Virus record (IMG/VR): IMGVR_UViG_3300045999_008257
Span: 225 to 64,224 of that record
Reading direction: 5' to 3' (one strand)
Origin: a virus
Taxonomy: Duplodnaviria; Caudoviricetes
DNA: 64,000 bases
Of the stretch, positions 39,992-49,735 are shown in pieces (the first letter of the stretch is position 1; each line of letters opens with the position of its first letter). The notes under the pieces were generated by a model. That model saw only the letters and a list, made by a program, of their open reading frames with translations, made no database searches and had not been told where the DNA came from. The position numbers and the translations under genes are program-made.

Positions 39992-41416
39992 TTACTTGTT
40001 TTGATTTTTGCGTTTTTTCTGTGACTTGATTTGTTCTGGTAATACAAGACCTTTGATCTTGGCAATCCTTGCATTTAACCGTGCCCAATCTTCTAAATCT
40101 TTGAACTTAAAATGTCCAGTACCTTTTTTGAATAGCTTAAACTCAAAAAATCCCCAGTCATACAAGCCGCCTGGCGCAAGGCGATCAAATCCACATTCAG
40201 GTTTTTCCATTTCTTCATATTTTCGTCCGGTAATATAGCACAGCGCTTTGATCAAATCATCTACACTTCGACCCGCATCGCTATGGCGACTAAAGCAAAC
40301 CCCTGCGCCCATGATATGAGGCTTGGCTGCATCAGGTATGATAAATTTTTGACCAAATAAATACTGTTCATTGGTTGCCCATCCCTCTACTTGCCAGCGA
40401 TTATCTTTTATGTGTTTTGTTAAATTATCAAATACTGCTTCAATAGCTCGATCAATTCGCTGATCAGTGGTCCCTGCAATAATCTGTAGCATTCTAAATA
40501 AATTTCTTTCCGTAAACGGCACTTGTTCCTGTTGTTCAACAAATTTGTTTATATCACCCTGCAGTTGACTGGTAGCCTTTTCACGAGGCAGCATCTCAGC
40601 AATCACAGACTTCCAGAAGTCTTTTTGTAATTCCTTTCGGAATCGTGATCGCGAAGGCGCACATCCATCAAGAGTGATTTGAATTCCTAGCTCACCCTTG
40701 TAAATACCGCCTATTTGAGCCTGTAGTCGCACACCAGCTTCTAATTGTTGATCATAAATTTTGCAAGCCTCAACATATCTATTAACTAGATCCCTTGATC
40801 GACGATAAGGGATAATCCCTTCTCCTTGCGCTTCTATTTCATCAGGCCCCAGAAAAAAACCTTCAAATTCATCACCGCCAGAAGATCGCCGCCCAGGTTT
40901 TATTAAACGAACCATGCCAATCTCGCAACGAGTTGTGCGCTCGGCATTTTCAAATACTGGCCCTAAATTTAAGCGACTTCCATAATCATTGATTAGTACG
41001 CGCAGCTCTCGACAAGCGCGAAAATTATGACGACTTTCGTCAATCGTCGACCAGTTACATAGGCTTACTATCTCACAGCCGAGCGGCGCAATCTTCCAAG
41101 CGTGAAGAATATGATGCTCATCTGCGCTAAACGGCGGATTCATCGCGATCACATCCGCATGGCTGATCTGCTCTGCCTGAACCTGTAGCCAATCGCCGCC
41201 AATCAACTGGCAGCCAGGGATTGCCGCGAGGATGACCCTTAGCTGTGGCTCAACTTCAGCCGCGAGCACGTCTGTAGCGCCGCGATCCATGGCTTCTTTC
41301 ACTAGGTTGCCGCTACCTGCACTGGGCTCCACTACCGTGCGACCACGCAGATCCAGCGGATCTAGCATGGTGGCCGCTACTTCGGATGGCGTGGGGTAGA
41401 AGTCGGGGTTAAACAT
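39992..41416 (-). CDS. SAM-dependent methyltransferase with DUF4942-like C-terminus
   Basis: DFYPTP, VEPSAGSG, MNPPF; FFEFKLFKKGTGHFKF. Confidence 0.85.
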   Translation of the reverse strand: MFNPDFYPTPSEVAATMLDPLDLRGRTVVEPSAGSGNLVKEAMDRGATDVLAAEVEPQLRVILAAIPGCQLIGGDWLQVQAEQISHADVIAMNPPFSADEHHILHAWKIAPLGCEIVSLCNWSTIDESRHNFRACRELRVLINDYGSRLNLGPVFENAERTTRCEIGMVRLIKPGRRSSGGDEFEGFFLGPDEIEAQGEGIIPYRRSRDLVNRYVEACKIYDQQLEAGVRLQAQIGGIYKGELGIQITLDGCAPSRSRFRKELQKDFWKSVIAEMLPREKATSQLQGDINKFVEQQEQVPFTERNLFRMLQIIAGTTDQRIDRAIEAVFDNLTKHIKDNRWQVEGWATNEQYLFGQKFIIPDAAKPHIMGAGVCFSRHSDAGRSVDDLIKALCYITGRKYEEMEKPECGFDRLAPGGLYDWGFFEFKLFKKGTGHFKFKDLEDWARLNARIAKIKGLVLPEQIKSQKKRKNQNK

Positions 41417-41443
41417 CGCTGGTCAAAAGCATCAAGACTAGAA

Positions 41444-41932
41444 TTAATTAGCTTTCTTTATTCTAACACTTTGACCCACAAGTAGCCATCTACAATTAGC
41501 GACCCAAGTATGTTCTATATCAGTATTAAGCAGAAAAACATCTCCTTCTTGAACGATGATATGTCTTCCTTGTGCAAGTAGGACGCAACTGTTAACTTCG
41601 TCGCCAGACTGAAAATTCTTTGATAGGTCTCTCGTTGAAACAAGTGCATTTACAGTCCACCCAAGCCCGGTATCTTCATGCGGAGTAACCGATCCTGCCC
41701 CGCAAAGATAAAAAGGGTTTGAGTAGCCGCCAACGCGATCTCTGAGCTTAGGCGTACACTCATTTAGTTCGCAGATTGTTCGCAGCTCAGTCAAGATTGG
41801 ATCTTCGCGTGATATTGGCTCAGGCCATGCATAACCCAATCCGTATCGCGTGCTTTCTCTTAGCATTTTCCTGTGATAGCTCGTTTCATCTATGCTAATA
41901 CTGCCTAGAATCTGTGGATTGCGTTTAGCCAT
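41444..41932 (-). CDS. Cupin / 2OG-Fe(II) oxygenase-like protein
   Basis: HED…GDVFLLN..IEH (HxD…H). Confidence 0.5.
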   Translation of the reverse strand: MAKRNPQILGSISIDETSYHRKMLRESTRYGLGYAWPEPISREDPILTELRTICELNECTPKLRDRVGGYSNPFYLCGAGSVTPHEDTGLGWTVNALVSTRDLSKNFQSGDEVNSCVLLAQGRHIIVQEGDVFLLNTDIEHTWVANCRWLLVGQSVRIKKAN

Positions 41933-41988
41933 TGGTAGTCACCAGGGATGATGTTGAAGGGGCCGCCGCAGGAGCGGCCCCACTGAAA

Positions 41989-42380
41989 TCAGGCGGCCAC
42001 TACCTTCAGCGAAGTCCGCTTAGGCGCCCGCTTGGCTGGGCGGGAACGCTTCGGATCTGGCGTAGCAGGAGGAGCGGGAGGAGCGGCTACGGCGGCCTTT
42101 TTGGTGTAGGTGCGTGGTTTGCGGACTGGGGCGATCGTGATGGGCTCAGAAGTGACGGTGGGTGCTGGTGCTGGTGCTGGTGCTGGTGCAACCCCCAGAA
42201 CTGCAACCCACCAGGCGGCGAGCTGATCATTTCTGGTGTCGATCGCAATGCACAGCTCACCGCCCAGCCAGTAGACCAGTTCGGCGGTGGTGATCGCGAG
42301 AGCAATCAGGGGTGTGATGACGCGGGCTGCGATTTCCAGATTGCGGCCAATGTTGGCGGAGGAAAAATCAGATGGTTTCA
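41989..42380 (-). CDS. Ala/Pro-rich early protein with a hydrophobic N-terminal segment
   Basis: ATG at 42380 downstream of the promoter at 42474-42524; followed by a hairpin at 41958-41981. Confidence 0.55.
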
Positions 42381-42581
42381 TGGCGGAAAAGGGTGTGGTT
42401 TGAGTGGATGGTGGCCGGGGCCATCTCAGGGCCTCGCCGGCTGCTGAGGCTGTCTCTGTCGCCTCATGTGCCAATCATAGGGTGCGTTGCCGCCAGGGGG
42501 CGGATCTGTAACAATCTGTTGTAATTGACCTGAGGCATGAAAAAGCCCCGAACCTGCGGGGCTGTCGTCAACGAGCTGTCG

Positions 42582-42848
42582 CTATTTGGCGCGGCGATGA
42601 TCAAGCGCGTGCATTTCCCACCGCTCGGCATACTCATAAACTCGCTGGAGCATCTGCAGTGCTTCAGTGCGCTCATCGCGAGCCTGTTGCCATGCGTCGG
42701 GATCCTGAGGATAAAAATCCCGTGCATTACAGGTTGCTGCAACTAAAGCATCAGAGGCTTGGCTAACGGCCTTGCGCACTGCGCGATACTCAGTATATAG
42801 GCTATCTGCGCCGGTTCCGTTTAGGTGGATTGTTGGAAGGGTGGTCAT
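42582..42848 (-). CDS. Conserved hypothetical phage protein (PTIHLNGT…NARDFYPQ)
   Basis: ATG ORF followed by a terminator at 42539-42563. Confidence 0.7.
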   Translation of the reverse strand: MTTLPTIHLNGTGADSLYTEYRAVRKAVSQASDALVAATCNARDFYPQDPDAWQQARDERTEALQMLQRVYEYAERWEMHALDHRRAK

Positions 42849-42883
42849 GGCTTGTAAGTGAGAAGGTTTGAGCGAAAGGTGGG

Positions 42884-43060
42884 TCAGAATAAGTCAACCA
42901 AAAGAGGCCAATTGGGCATGGAAGGATCATAAGCCGCTTCAAGAGCCGGCTTAAGTCGATCCGTTGTGACGTGAAACGCGCCACCAGGGGTGGGCCAGTC
43001 GTGATAGTTCCACCCAACGGAAGTTTGATCAAGAATCTCTTGGACGGTAGGGGTGGTCAT
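42884..43060 (-). CDS. Hypothetical protein
   Basis: MTTPTVQ… start in the early operon. Confidence 0.45.
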   Translation of the reverse strand: MTTPTVQEILDQTSVGWNYHDWPTPGGAFHVTTDRLKPALEAAYDPSMPNWPLLVDLF

Positions 43061-43111
43061 GGGTTGCACAGTAGAAGAGATAGACCAAGGAGAATTCAAG
43101 GGTGAAGCTTG

Positions 43112-43435
43112 TTATGGTTGAGCTGTAGCCAAAAAAGGAGCCAGAAAATCCTTGATGTAATCAACCGATTCCCCCTTTGAGAGGAACTGGCTGTTAAAGC
43201 TCCAATGATATTGCATTAGGCCCTCAAAGGGCTTGCAATCATCTTCGCGATGAATTACTACAATCAAAGTTTCAAATTCTCTTTGACACTGAAAAATTGT
43301 GTCACCAGCTTTTAGCCAATTGTAGTTGTATGCAGAAAAGCCTGGATGCCATTGAAATCGTCCAAGGCTCCATCCAGCCGATTCGAGAAGATTTTGAACT
43401 TTCTCGATTCTACTTGAAGTGAAGGCGTCGGTCAT
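43112..43435 (-). CDS. Hypothetical protein
   Basis: MTDAFT… start downstream of the promoter at 43485-43536. Confidence 0.55.
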   Translation of the reverse strand: MTDAFTSSRIEKVQNLLESAGWSLGRFQWHPGFSAYNYNWLKAGDTIFQCQREFETLIVVIHREDDCKPFEGLMQYHWSFNSQFLSKGESVDYIKDFLAPFLATAQP

Positions 43436-43576
43436 AATAAAAGCGCGATTGAGTGCCGGTCGGATCTCTCCTCCCGATGCACTGATCATAAGACGCAAGG
43501 CCAGTGCACGGGATCAATCTGTCGCAATTCGTCACAAAGCCCACTCAATGCGCTAAACTGCTCAGGCCGATACCAA

Positions 43577-43897
43577 ATGGCCATGACTGACTCCCTGCCG
43601 TTCGATGCCACCGACACCCCTGATCTGACTGATGATCGCGTGTCTGATGTGATGGCGCAACTTGATGAATGTGAATTTTCAGCGGATGAATATCACAAGC
43701 TTGCAGAAACAATTCTGATGTCTTTGGCTGTTAGCTATGAAGACTCCGTTTCTCAAGAAATGGAGCGCGAGGAAGTTATGTTTTTAACTTCAATGGCAAC
43801 ACGGTTTCAAGGCGCTTATGAATTGATTCATATTGGAGATGACGACGAAGACGACAATGATGGCGACAATGATGATGATTTTGAAGATGAAGATTAA
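43577..43897 (+). CDS. Highly acidic small protein
   Basis: D/E-rich with a poly-acidic tail. Confidence 0.65.
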   Translation: MAMTDSLPFDATDTPDLTDDRVSDVMAQLDECEFSADEYHKLAETILMSLAVSYEDSVSQEMEREEVMFLTSMATRFQGAYELIHIGDDDEDDNDGDNDDDFEDED

Positions 43898-43935
43898 TTG
43901 TCGCTAGCCAATTCGCAAGACAAGGCTGATAATTG

Positions 43936-44325
43936 TCAGCCTTTTTTGTGCTTGGGCATATATGAGTGAAGTTGGTTAATTAATGTCTTTAAGTCATCTT
44001 CTGAAAGCGTATCAACAGCATGACCAACTTGTTGCAGCCTGAATCTAGCAGCAACTCGCAATCGCCTCATTTGAATAGCTTTTTCAATTTCTTGCTTTTC
44101 TTCTTTGGTTGGAATCCACGCAAAAACATGACTCCATGGATCACGACTGCTTCCTCTTAATTCACCATTTGACTTGTAAAATACATGCTTTTCTGTAGCA
44201 AACGTTGCCTTGGTTGCTTTCGTAACCTCAAGAAGCATGGTTGAAGTGTGATCAGTAACAGCAATGATGTCGCCGATTTTTATGTCTTGAAAGTTTTGGT
44301 TTTTTGTTGATTGAAGTAAACTCAT
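43936..44325 (-). CDS. Hypothetical protein
   Basis: MSLLQST… start. Confidence 0.55.
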   Translation of the reverse strand: MSLLQSTKNQNFQDIKIGDIIAVTDHTSTMLLEVTKATKATFATEKHVFYKSNGELRGSSRDPWSHVFAWIPTKEEKQEIEKAIQMRRLRVAARFRLQQVGHAVDTLSEDDLKTLINQLHSYMPKHKKG

Positions 44326-44365
44326 GGCAATAGAAAGGGTTAAATCGTAAAAACCTAAAAGCCAA

Positions 44366-44623
44366 TCAAAGAAAGTCAGCCATGCAAACTTCGATTTCAT
44401 TTTGCACACCATAAAATGCATTTCCTTTTGTAATCTGTTTATGCATTTCCCATTCATAAATATGCGCAGTCATGCCATCCAAGGCTTGTCCATTTTCAGT
44501 AGATATTTTATCCATCGTCCACGGTGCTTCAAGCGCTTTTTCTTTGGCTTGATCTTCATTTTCTGCTTCAAGTTCCACGGAAATTGAACCTGTGCATGGA
44601 ATAAAAACAGTGAATCTTGGCAT
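44366..44623 (-). CDS. Hypothetical protein (…EAENEDQAKEKA… type)
   Basis: MPRFTVF start downstream of the promoter at 44661. Confidence 0.6.
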   Translation of the reverse strand: MPRFTVFIPCTGSISVELEAENEDQAKEKALEAPWTMDKISTENGQALDGMTAHIYEWEMHKQITKGNAFYGVQNEIEVCMADFL

Positions 44624-44779
44624 GGTAATTAAAAGGGTTGAACTGATTGCCCTTTCTTGGATCATAGCGCAGAGCAAGATGACCAGCGCCGTGCTGATGT
44701 AAAACTTTACAATTGTAATTGCGTCAAAACACAAAAAAAGCCCGGACTAGCCGGGCTTGATTACAATTGCGTGAGCTGA

Positions 44780-45757
44780 TCAGTTCACCCCACACAACTG
44801 CAGAGCGCTGCTCCTAGCTCGTTCGACCACGCGGCTGCCCTGCCCCCAGGTGGCAGACTGAAACCGGGTGGACAGCTTGCCATCGCGCAAGCTGGTTTCA
44901 ACTTCCGTCACAGCGTTATATCCGCCCCACACGGTATTCTGAACGCCATCAAAATGTGTCCCATATCCACCAGCATACGCATTACGCAGTTTTTCCCACT
45001 TGCGAGGACAATCTTCAATCGTGCTCCTGATACCTTCAGGAGTTGCAACAGATGGCAAGTTATAGAGATGGATAAGCCATGTTTTGTAACTTTCAAAATC
45101 CATTGGTGTTTCCGCCATGCGCTTATATTCTTCTACGTGATTACCAAATGTTTGACGAGCAACGTCGATATTGCGCATGATTTCATCAATTTGTGCAATG
45201 CCAATTTTTGTATGATTAACTGAAAACTGCTTGCTAGTTCTGCGCCCGTCCGCTTGAGCAAAACCTAACGTATTTTGACAAACAACACGAATATCTGTAA
45301 ACATTCCGCCAAATGATGTCATGCCATCATGGCCAAGATAACCAACAAAATTACGATGAATTTTATCACCTTCAACAATGCTTGCGTCAGTACCAAGAAT
45401 TTTGCCGGTAAAGGCAATCCTGGCGCCCTTCTTGAGCACAACCACCGTATCCATAATGATGTCATCACGAAGCATTTCAGCTAATTGACATAATGTTTCG
45501 TTTTGGATCAATTCATACTGCGGCGAAACAGTGCCTAAAACTTCATTATTGTCCATACGACAAACAGCAACACGTTGATCAATTTGCTGATAAACGTCTT
45601 CGTTCTTAACAAATAGCGGACGCTTTTCAACCTCAAACAATGCGCCAGCGCGAGTGAAGGCTTCGCGAGCTGGCAAAGTGCCTTCAATGACTTCGCCGAG
45701 ACCGTGCCAGGCACGCTCGCCATTCATCATGATGCCGGAGTGGAAGTTGTGAGCCAT
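44780..45757 (-). CDS. DUF932 / phage-plasmid-like protein
   Basis: MAH…AWHGLG, Y..IQN, HDG, IRVVCQNTL, WGGYNAVTE. Confidence 0.88.
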   Translation of the reverse strand: MAHNFHSGIMMNGERAWHGLGEVIEGTLPAREAFTRAGALFEVEKRPLFVKNEDVYQQIDQRVAVCRMDNNEVLGTVSPQYELIQNETLCQLAEMLRDDIIMDTVVVLKKGARIAFTGKILGTDASIVEGDKIHRNFVGYLGHDGMTSFGGMFTDIRVVCQNTLGFAQADGRRTSKQFSVNHTKIGIAQIDEIMRNIDVARQTFGNHVEEYKRMAETPMDFESYKTWLIHLYNLPSVATPEGIRSTIEDCPRKWEKLRNAYAGGYGTHFDGVQNTVWGGYNAVTEVETSLRDGKLSTRFQSATWGQGSRVVERARSSALQLCGVN

Positions 45758-45862
45758 GGTCGTGGGGATAGGGTTTGCGTCGGGCTTTGTCCGCCTGACT
45801 CCCGTATCCTATGCGCAGGATGCGACGGGATGAGTGGCCCTGTAACACTCTGTTGTAATCCC

Positions 45863-46034
45863 CTACCAGTCTCCGATCTCATGACACAGAACCACGATGG
45901 TGCCGGGAGCTGCTCCTGCTAGATCTAGCGCTGAGGAGATGGCATGGGTTCGATCGCGGGCCATCGGTTCAACGGTTTCGCGCTGATCACCCATGGCCAG
46001 CAGCACATGCCATGGGCGGGGTGTGGGGTTAGTC
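45863..46034 (-). CDS. Hypothetical protein
   Basis: MTNPTPRPW… ORF. Confidence 0.4.
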
Positions 46035-46460
46035 ATCTGCGACAACATCGTATAAGCGCGAAGCAGCACCGCTGTTCGCCCTGCCGTGGATCAAGATCTC
46101 TTTGATTTTGCTATAATCTTCGACCCTGGCCATGCGTGCGCGGCGCCCAGCATTTACAGCTAAAGTTGGAATTTTGTTGTTCAACTTAAAGCATGTGTAA
46201 CCAGATCTAGACTTAAACACTGTTGCCATTTTTCGCTCAACTGCAATCATTAACGTGCGTCTCAAAATGCCTGGCTGAACCTCTATACCACAAGCATCTT
46301 TAACCCACCAAGAAAGCGTTTCACGGCTGCAACCACAACGCAAACAATTTTTGTGAGGATCCAAAGAATTTGTTATGCAAATTAACGTCCAAAAATACTG
46401 AAAGCACAGCTCGTTGTAAACAGTAGAATCAGTTATTAGCATGTTCTTTCTCGTTCTCAA
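46029..46460 (-). CDS. Hypothetical protein
   Basis: ORF in an overlapping operon. Confidence 0.5.
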   Translation of the reverse strand: MRTRKNMLITDSTVYNELCFQYFWTLICITNSLDPHKNCLRCGCSRETLSWWVKDACGIEVQPGILRRTLMIAVERKMATVFKSRSGYTCFKLNNKIPTLAVNAGRRARMARVEDYSKIKEILIHGRANSGAASRLYDVVADD

Positions 46461-46614
46461 AACGATTCAAAGCCACAAAAAGATACTCAGGTATTTCTTC
46501 CCATAAACAACCGTCGTAATTGTCAATGCCCCAGTAAAAACGACCGCCTTCTTGTTTTACCTCAAGGTTGCCATAGTAGTTGCCAATAGTCCCAACTTTT
46601 CTTATGTTAGCCAT
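46429..46614 (-). CDS. Hypothetical protein (IGNYYGNLEV…)
   Basis: Overlapping small ORF. Confidence 0.5.
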   Translation of the reverse strand: MANIRKVGTIGNYYGNLEVKQEGGRFYWGIDNYDGCLWEEIPEYLFVALNRFENEKEHANN

Positions 46615-46933
46615 TGGCCCTTTCCTCTCTAAGCATGACATCAGCCGCGTCATACAGGGCTTGGCGAGAGTTGTTTAGCCCGTCGCGCTCAATCGCATCA
46701 GCTAGGGCCAGGAACTGCGTCCGAGTGTCGCGGCGCTGCGACTGTCGGTAATGATAGCCTACGTGGAAGTTACTAGAAAGCCTGTTTTCCTGAGGAAGAA
46801 TCCTATCAACTGCCGATCGAATAGCGACAGCAGAAATCTGCGCGGCGATAGGTGCAAACGCAGGATGATCGCCATTGACAAACGCATCTAGCGCGTCTCT
46901 CGCAGCAGAATTTGGCGGGATGGGAGCGGTCAT
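46607..46933 (-). CDS. Hypothetical protein
   Basis: MTAPIPP… start. Confidence 0.5.
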   Translation of the reverse strand: MTAPIPPNSAARDALDAFVNGDHPAFAPIAAQISAVAIRSAVDRILPQENRLSSNFHVGYHYRQSQRRDTRTQFLALADAIERDGLNNSRQALYDAADVMLREERANG

Positions 46934-47076
46934 GAGTGGAATGAGGTGATAAAAGCGGCGCAGCCGATACAAGCAACTTACAAGCATGCTCGTATTTATA
47001 CAAGCGTGCTCGTAAATACTCGTACGACTTTGAGGGAAGGTGTGAGCCGTCGGAATAGGCCAGGCGGATGGTGGTG

Positions 47077-47550
47077 TCAGGAATGAACGAATACTGGCCG
47101 CTCGCAATTTTCAACGGCCCAGCGCAGCCAATAGGCCAGCCATTCGCCACGACGCAAAACAGGATCATAGCGAGGATCTAGCGGCGCATACTGAGCGACA
47201 TGATCTGGATGTTTTGCCTTGTAAGCAGCAAGACGGCGCTCAACTTCTTCAACATGCTCAATAGTAATCGGCGCCGCTCTTGAGTATTCAGACATTAACG
47301 GATACCGCGTATTTCCGTTGATTTTTGTTTCATCTAATCCACCGTTTTTGCTGTCAAACATGATATGCAGCAAGCCAAGGCTTTCCATGCTTTCGTACCA
47401 AGCCCTATAAGATGGCCATCTTTGATTTTCGCAGTCAGTCGGTTCGCCATAAGCCGGAGCATCATCACGCCTGACAATTTTGCAATCAATTTGTACATAT
47501 TCTTCGTTGTAATCTATTAATGCTTCTCCGATTCGCAAGTCGTGTCCCAT
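47077..47550 (-). CDS. Hypothetical protein
   Basis: MGHDLRIGEA… start. Confidence 0.6.
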   Translation of the reverse strand: MGHDLRIGEALIDYNEEYVQIDCKIVRRDDAPAYGEPTDCENQRWPSYRAWYESMESLGLLHIMFDSKNGGLDETKINGNTRYPLMSEYSRAAPITIEHVEEVERRLAAYKAKHPDHVAQYAPLDPRYDPVLRRGEWLAYWLRWAVENCERPVFVHS

Positions 47551-47606
47551 GGGTGGAAGTGCGGTGGGGTGCGGTGGGGTGGTGTGATGTGGCGCCATCA
47601 CAGATG

Positions 47607-47897
47607 TCACCAGTATTCATCTCGCTCTCTAAACCAGCGCTTAACATGACGTTGAATGCGACGGCACTTTTCCTGGCCTTTTCCTGCTACCAGGGGAGGA
47701 TTGCAAGACTCAGGGCTAAACCTATGACACGAGCCAAGCGGAACCGGATGAATTGGCGGCCATTCAATCCATGGCCAAGCCATAGTTCTTGCAAAGAATT
47801 GGGCGGCAGATTGACAGGCAAAAAGATAATCGGCGTGTTCTGTTTCAACAACGTAAATAGGCTTGATCATTAGAGGATGTGCGGTGGGGCGATGCAA
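47607..47897 (-). CDS. Hypothetical protein
   Basis: ORF in the early operon. Confidence 0.4.
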   Translation of the reverse strand: MHRPTAHPLMIKPIYVVETEHADYLFACQSAAQFFARTMAWPWIEWPPIHPVPLGSCHRFSPESCNPPLVAGKGQEKCRRIQRHVKRWFRERDEYW

Positions 47898-47936
47898 GCC
47901 CGTCGGGATGAGTTCCTGACGGGCTTATGACACGAT

Positions 47937-48758
47937 TTAAGCGCTAATTGTCAGAACAGCAGGATTGATAACAGCACCAGTTTTTGTCGCCTCTTCTCCC
48001 TGCTTGCCGTAGTCTTTATTGTGCCAGGCACGCAAATCATCGCCATTGATCCAACACTGAGACAGTATGCTTATGGCGGCGCCATACATGTAACCCGTAA
48101 TGCCACTAGTATCGGCAAGATACGAACATTCTTTAGCAGCCTCAGCAAACAGTTTGCCATTGTTGATCTCAGACTCCATCATTCGCGCCCAAAGTGACGC
48201 AAAATCAATGATGCCCTTGCCGTATGGGTCGTTGCTGTTGACACTGACGAAGTGATACCATGTTGCCGAATCCTTAAGAGTCAGCATTTCAGGTGCCCGC
48301 TTAAGAATATCGGTTCTGATGGCGTCGATTCTTGCGGCTTCGGCCTTTGCCTTGGCTTGAGCCTCTGCGTATTCAGGTGAGGCTTCGTATTCTTTTCTTT
48401 TTTGTTCCCATTCTTTTTTTAGAACTTCTTCCGCTGCCCTGTAGTTTTCAATTGCCTGTTGAACCGTGTCGCCTGGCTGCACTACAAGAGACACTTCATT
48501 TAGCTTAGCCACCACTTGATGATTCAATTGCCGAGAAAGACCCACCATTGATGGGATAATTTCTTGCGTAATATGTCCACCAGCAATCGCGTTAATGATT
48601 AGCGGTTTACCATCTTCTAAGACTTTTTTAATGGAAGCAATCTCGCAGTAAATGTCTGGATATTCATAAAAAGAGCAAGAAGATCCATCGTGATTTGGGT
48701 TGCAGTTTTTATGAAAACTACAAAAAAAGTCAGCAAAAGCATCTGAAATCGCGGTCAT
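47937..48758 (-). CDS. Conserved hypothetical phage protein (GITGYMYGAA…W..GD.LR.WHN)
   Basis: Long ORF with a promoter upstream and a hairpin downstream (47897-47927). Confidence 0.7.
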   Translation of the reverse strand: MTAISDAFADFFCSFHKNCNPNHDGSSCSFYEYPDIYCEIASIKKVLEDGKPLIINAIAGGHITQEIIPSMVGLSRQLNHQVVAKLNEVSLVVQPGDTVQQAIENYRAAEEVLKKEWEQKRKEYEASPEYAEAQAKAKAEAARIDAIRTDILKRAPEMLTLKDSATWYHFVSVNSNDPYGKGIIDFASLWARMMESEINNGKLFAEAAKECSYLADTSGITGYMYGAAISILSQCWINGDDLRAWHNKDYGKQGEEATKTGAVINPAVLTISA

Positions 48759-48994
48759 GGTGCGGGTGGCGAGTGAATGTTGTGCCGAGAATGCCGACAA
48801 TCTGGCAGGCTCTCGGCGAGCCAGGGCCTAGGCCCGGAGGAGGCGGTTGCCTCCCAATGCACACACCCTAATCCCTGCCATCGTGATCTGCGCTGATCCC
48901 GTCAAGCATTTCACAATCTGTAACAATTGCCAGGCATGTTTCAAATTACAACAGCATAACCACAAGCGGCGCACATGTGCCATATAATGATTTT

Positions 48995-49115
48995 CGAGGG
49001 GGAGACACCTCGCACAACATAGTCCTCCGGTAACAGCTCACACGGCCGGATACCAATCGAGAGCAACATGGCCTGAATAAGCCTCTATTGCCGGTTGAGC
49101 CGGCATTAAATTTTT
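48995..49115 (+). ncRNA. Candidate small RNA (5' GAGA-loop hairpin, possible pseudoknot, terminal hairpin)
   Basis: TATAAT at 48983 with an upstream tandem repeat; no ORF; several stems. Confidence 0.45.
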
Positions 49116-49116
49116 G

Positions 49117-49587
49117 TTATGATTTTGAAGTAATTTGTGATGCCTCTCCACGCTTCGCCATGCGATCATAAAGAATTACATTAACAGTTGCAGCTAGATT
49201 CATGCAATAATGCGTAGGAACATATATTATATCCCGACACCATTCAATGGTTTTGATTCCCAGTGTGCTATCTTCCGGGCCAAAAATATAAAACGCACGC
49301 TCAGGGTGAGTGTATTCAGGTAATGGTGTTGCGCCATTAATCAAATCCACTGCCACAGGCACAGCGCCATAAGGTATAACATCACGCAGATCAGTGCACT
49401 CAATTAGTGGCGTATGGCGATGCTGTTTTTGTGTATCTACACAAGAAGGGCTAAACCTTTTGCCGGATATACATATAAGCGATGCACCATAACAACCTGC
49501 GGCACGAAATACGCTGCCTACATTGACTGCTGTTTTAGGATGATGAAGACCAATCGCAGCATAACCACGATGAAGGTTTTTGATCAT
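49117..49587 (-). CDS. SpoU/TrmH-family RNA 2'-O-methyltransferase
   Basis: PKTAVNVGSVFRAA, YIFGPE, CMNLAATVNVILYDR (SPOUT motifs). Confidence 0.9.
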   Translation of the reverse strand: MIKNLHRGYAAIGLHHPKTAVNVGSVFRAAGCYGASLICISGKRFSPSCVDTQKQHRHTPLIECTDLRDVIPYGAVPVAVDLINGATPLPEYTHPERAFYIFGPEDSTLGIKTIEWCRDIIYVPTHYCMNLAATVNVILYDRMAKRGEASQITSKS

Positions 49588-49735
49588 TAAGTTGAAGCGT
49601 TAAAAATGCAATCTACAGTGATCAGCGCTTTGCCGGCAAAATCCGTAACACATCGTTACGATGCGCATTGCAGTGATCTGTTACAATAGAACACGAGTCA
49701 CAGCACCAGCCACCCAGAACCCTGCCTTCTCCCTT

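Noticed and set aside
41932-42447. + strand ORF with CWCWCW
   Set aside because: Antisense of the APAPAP repeat; the promoter and terminator support the minus-strand gene.
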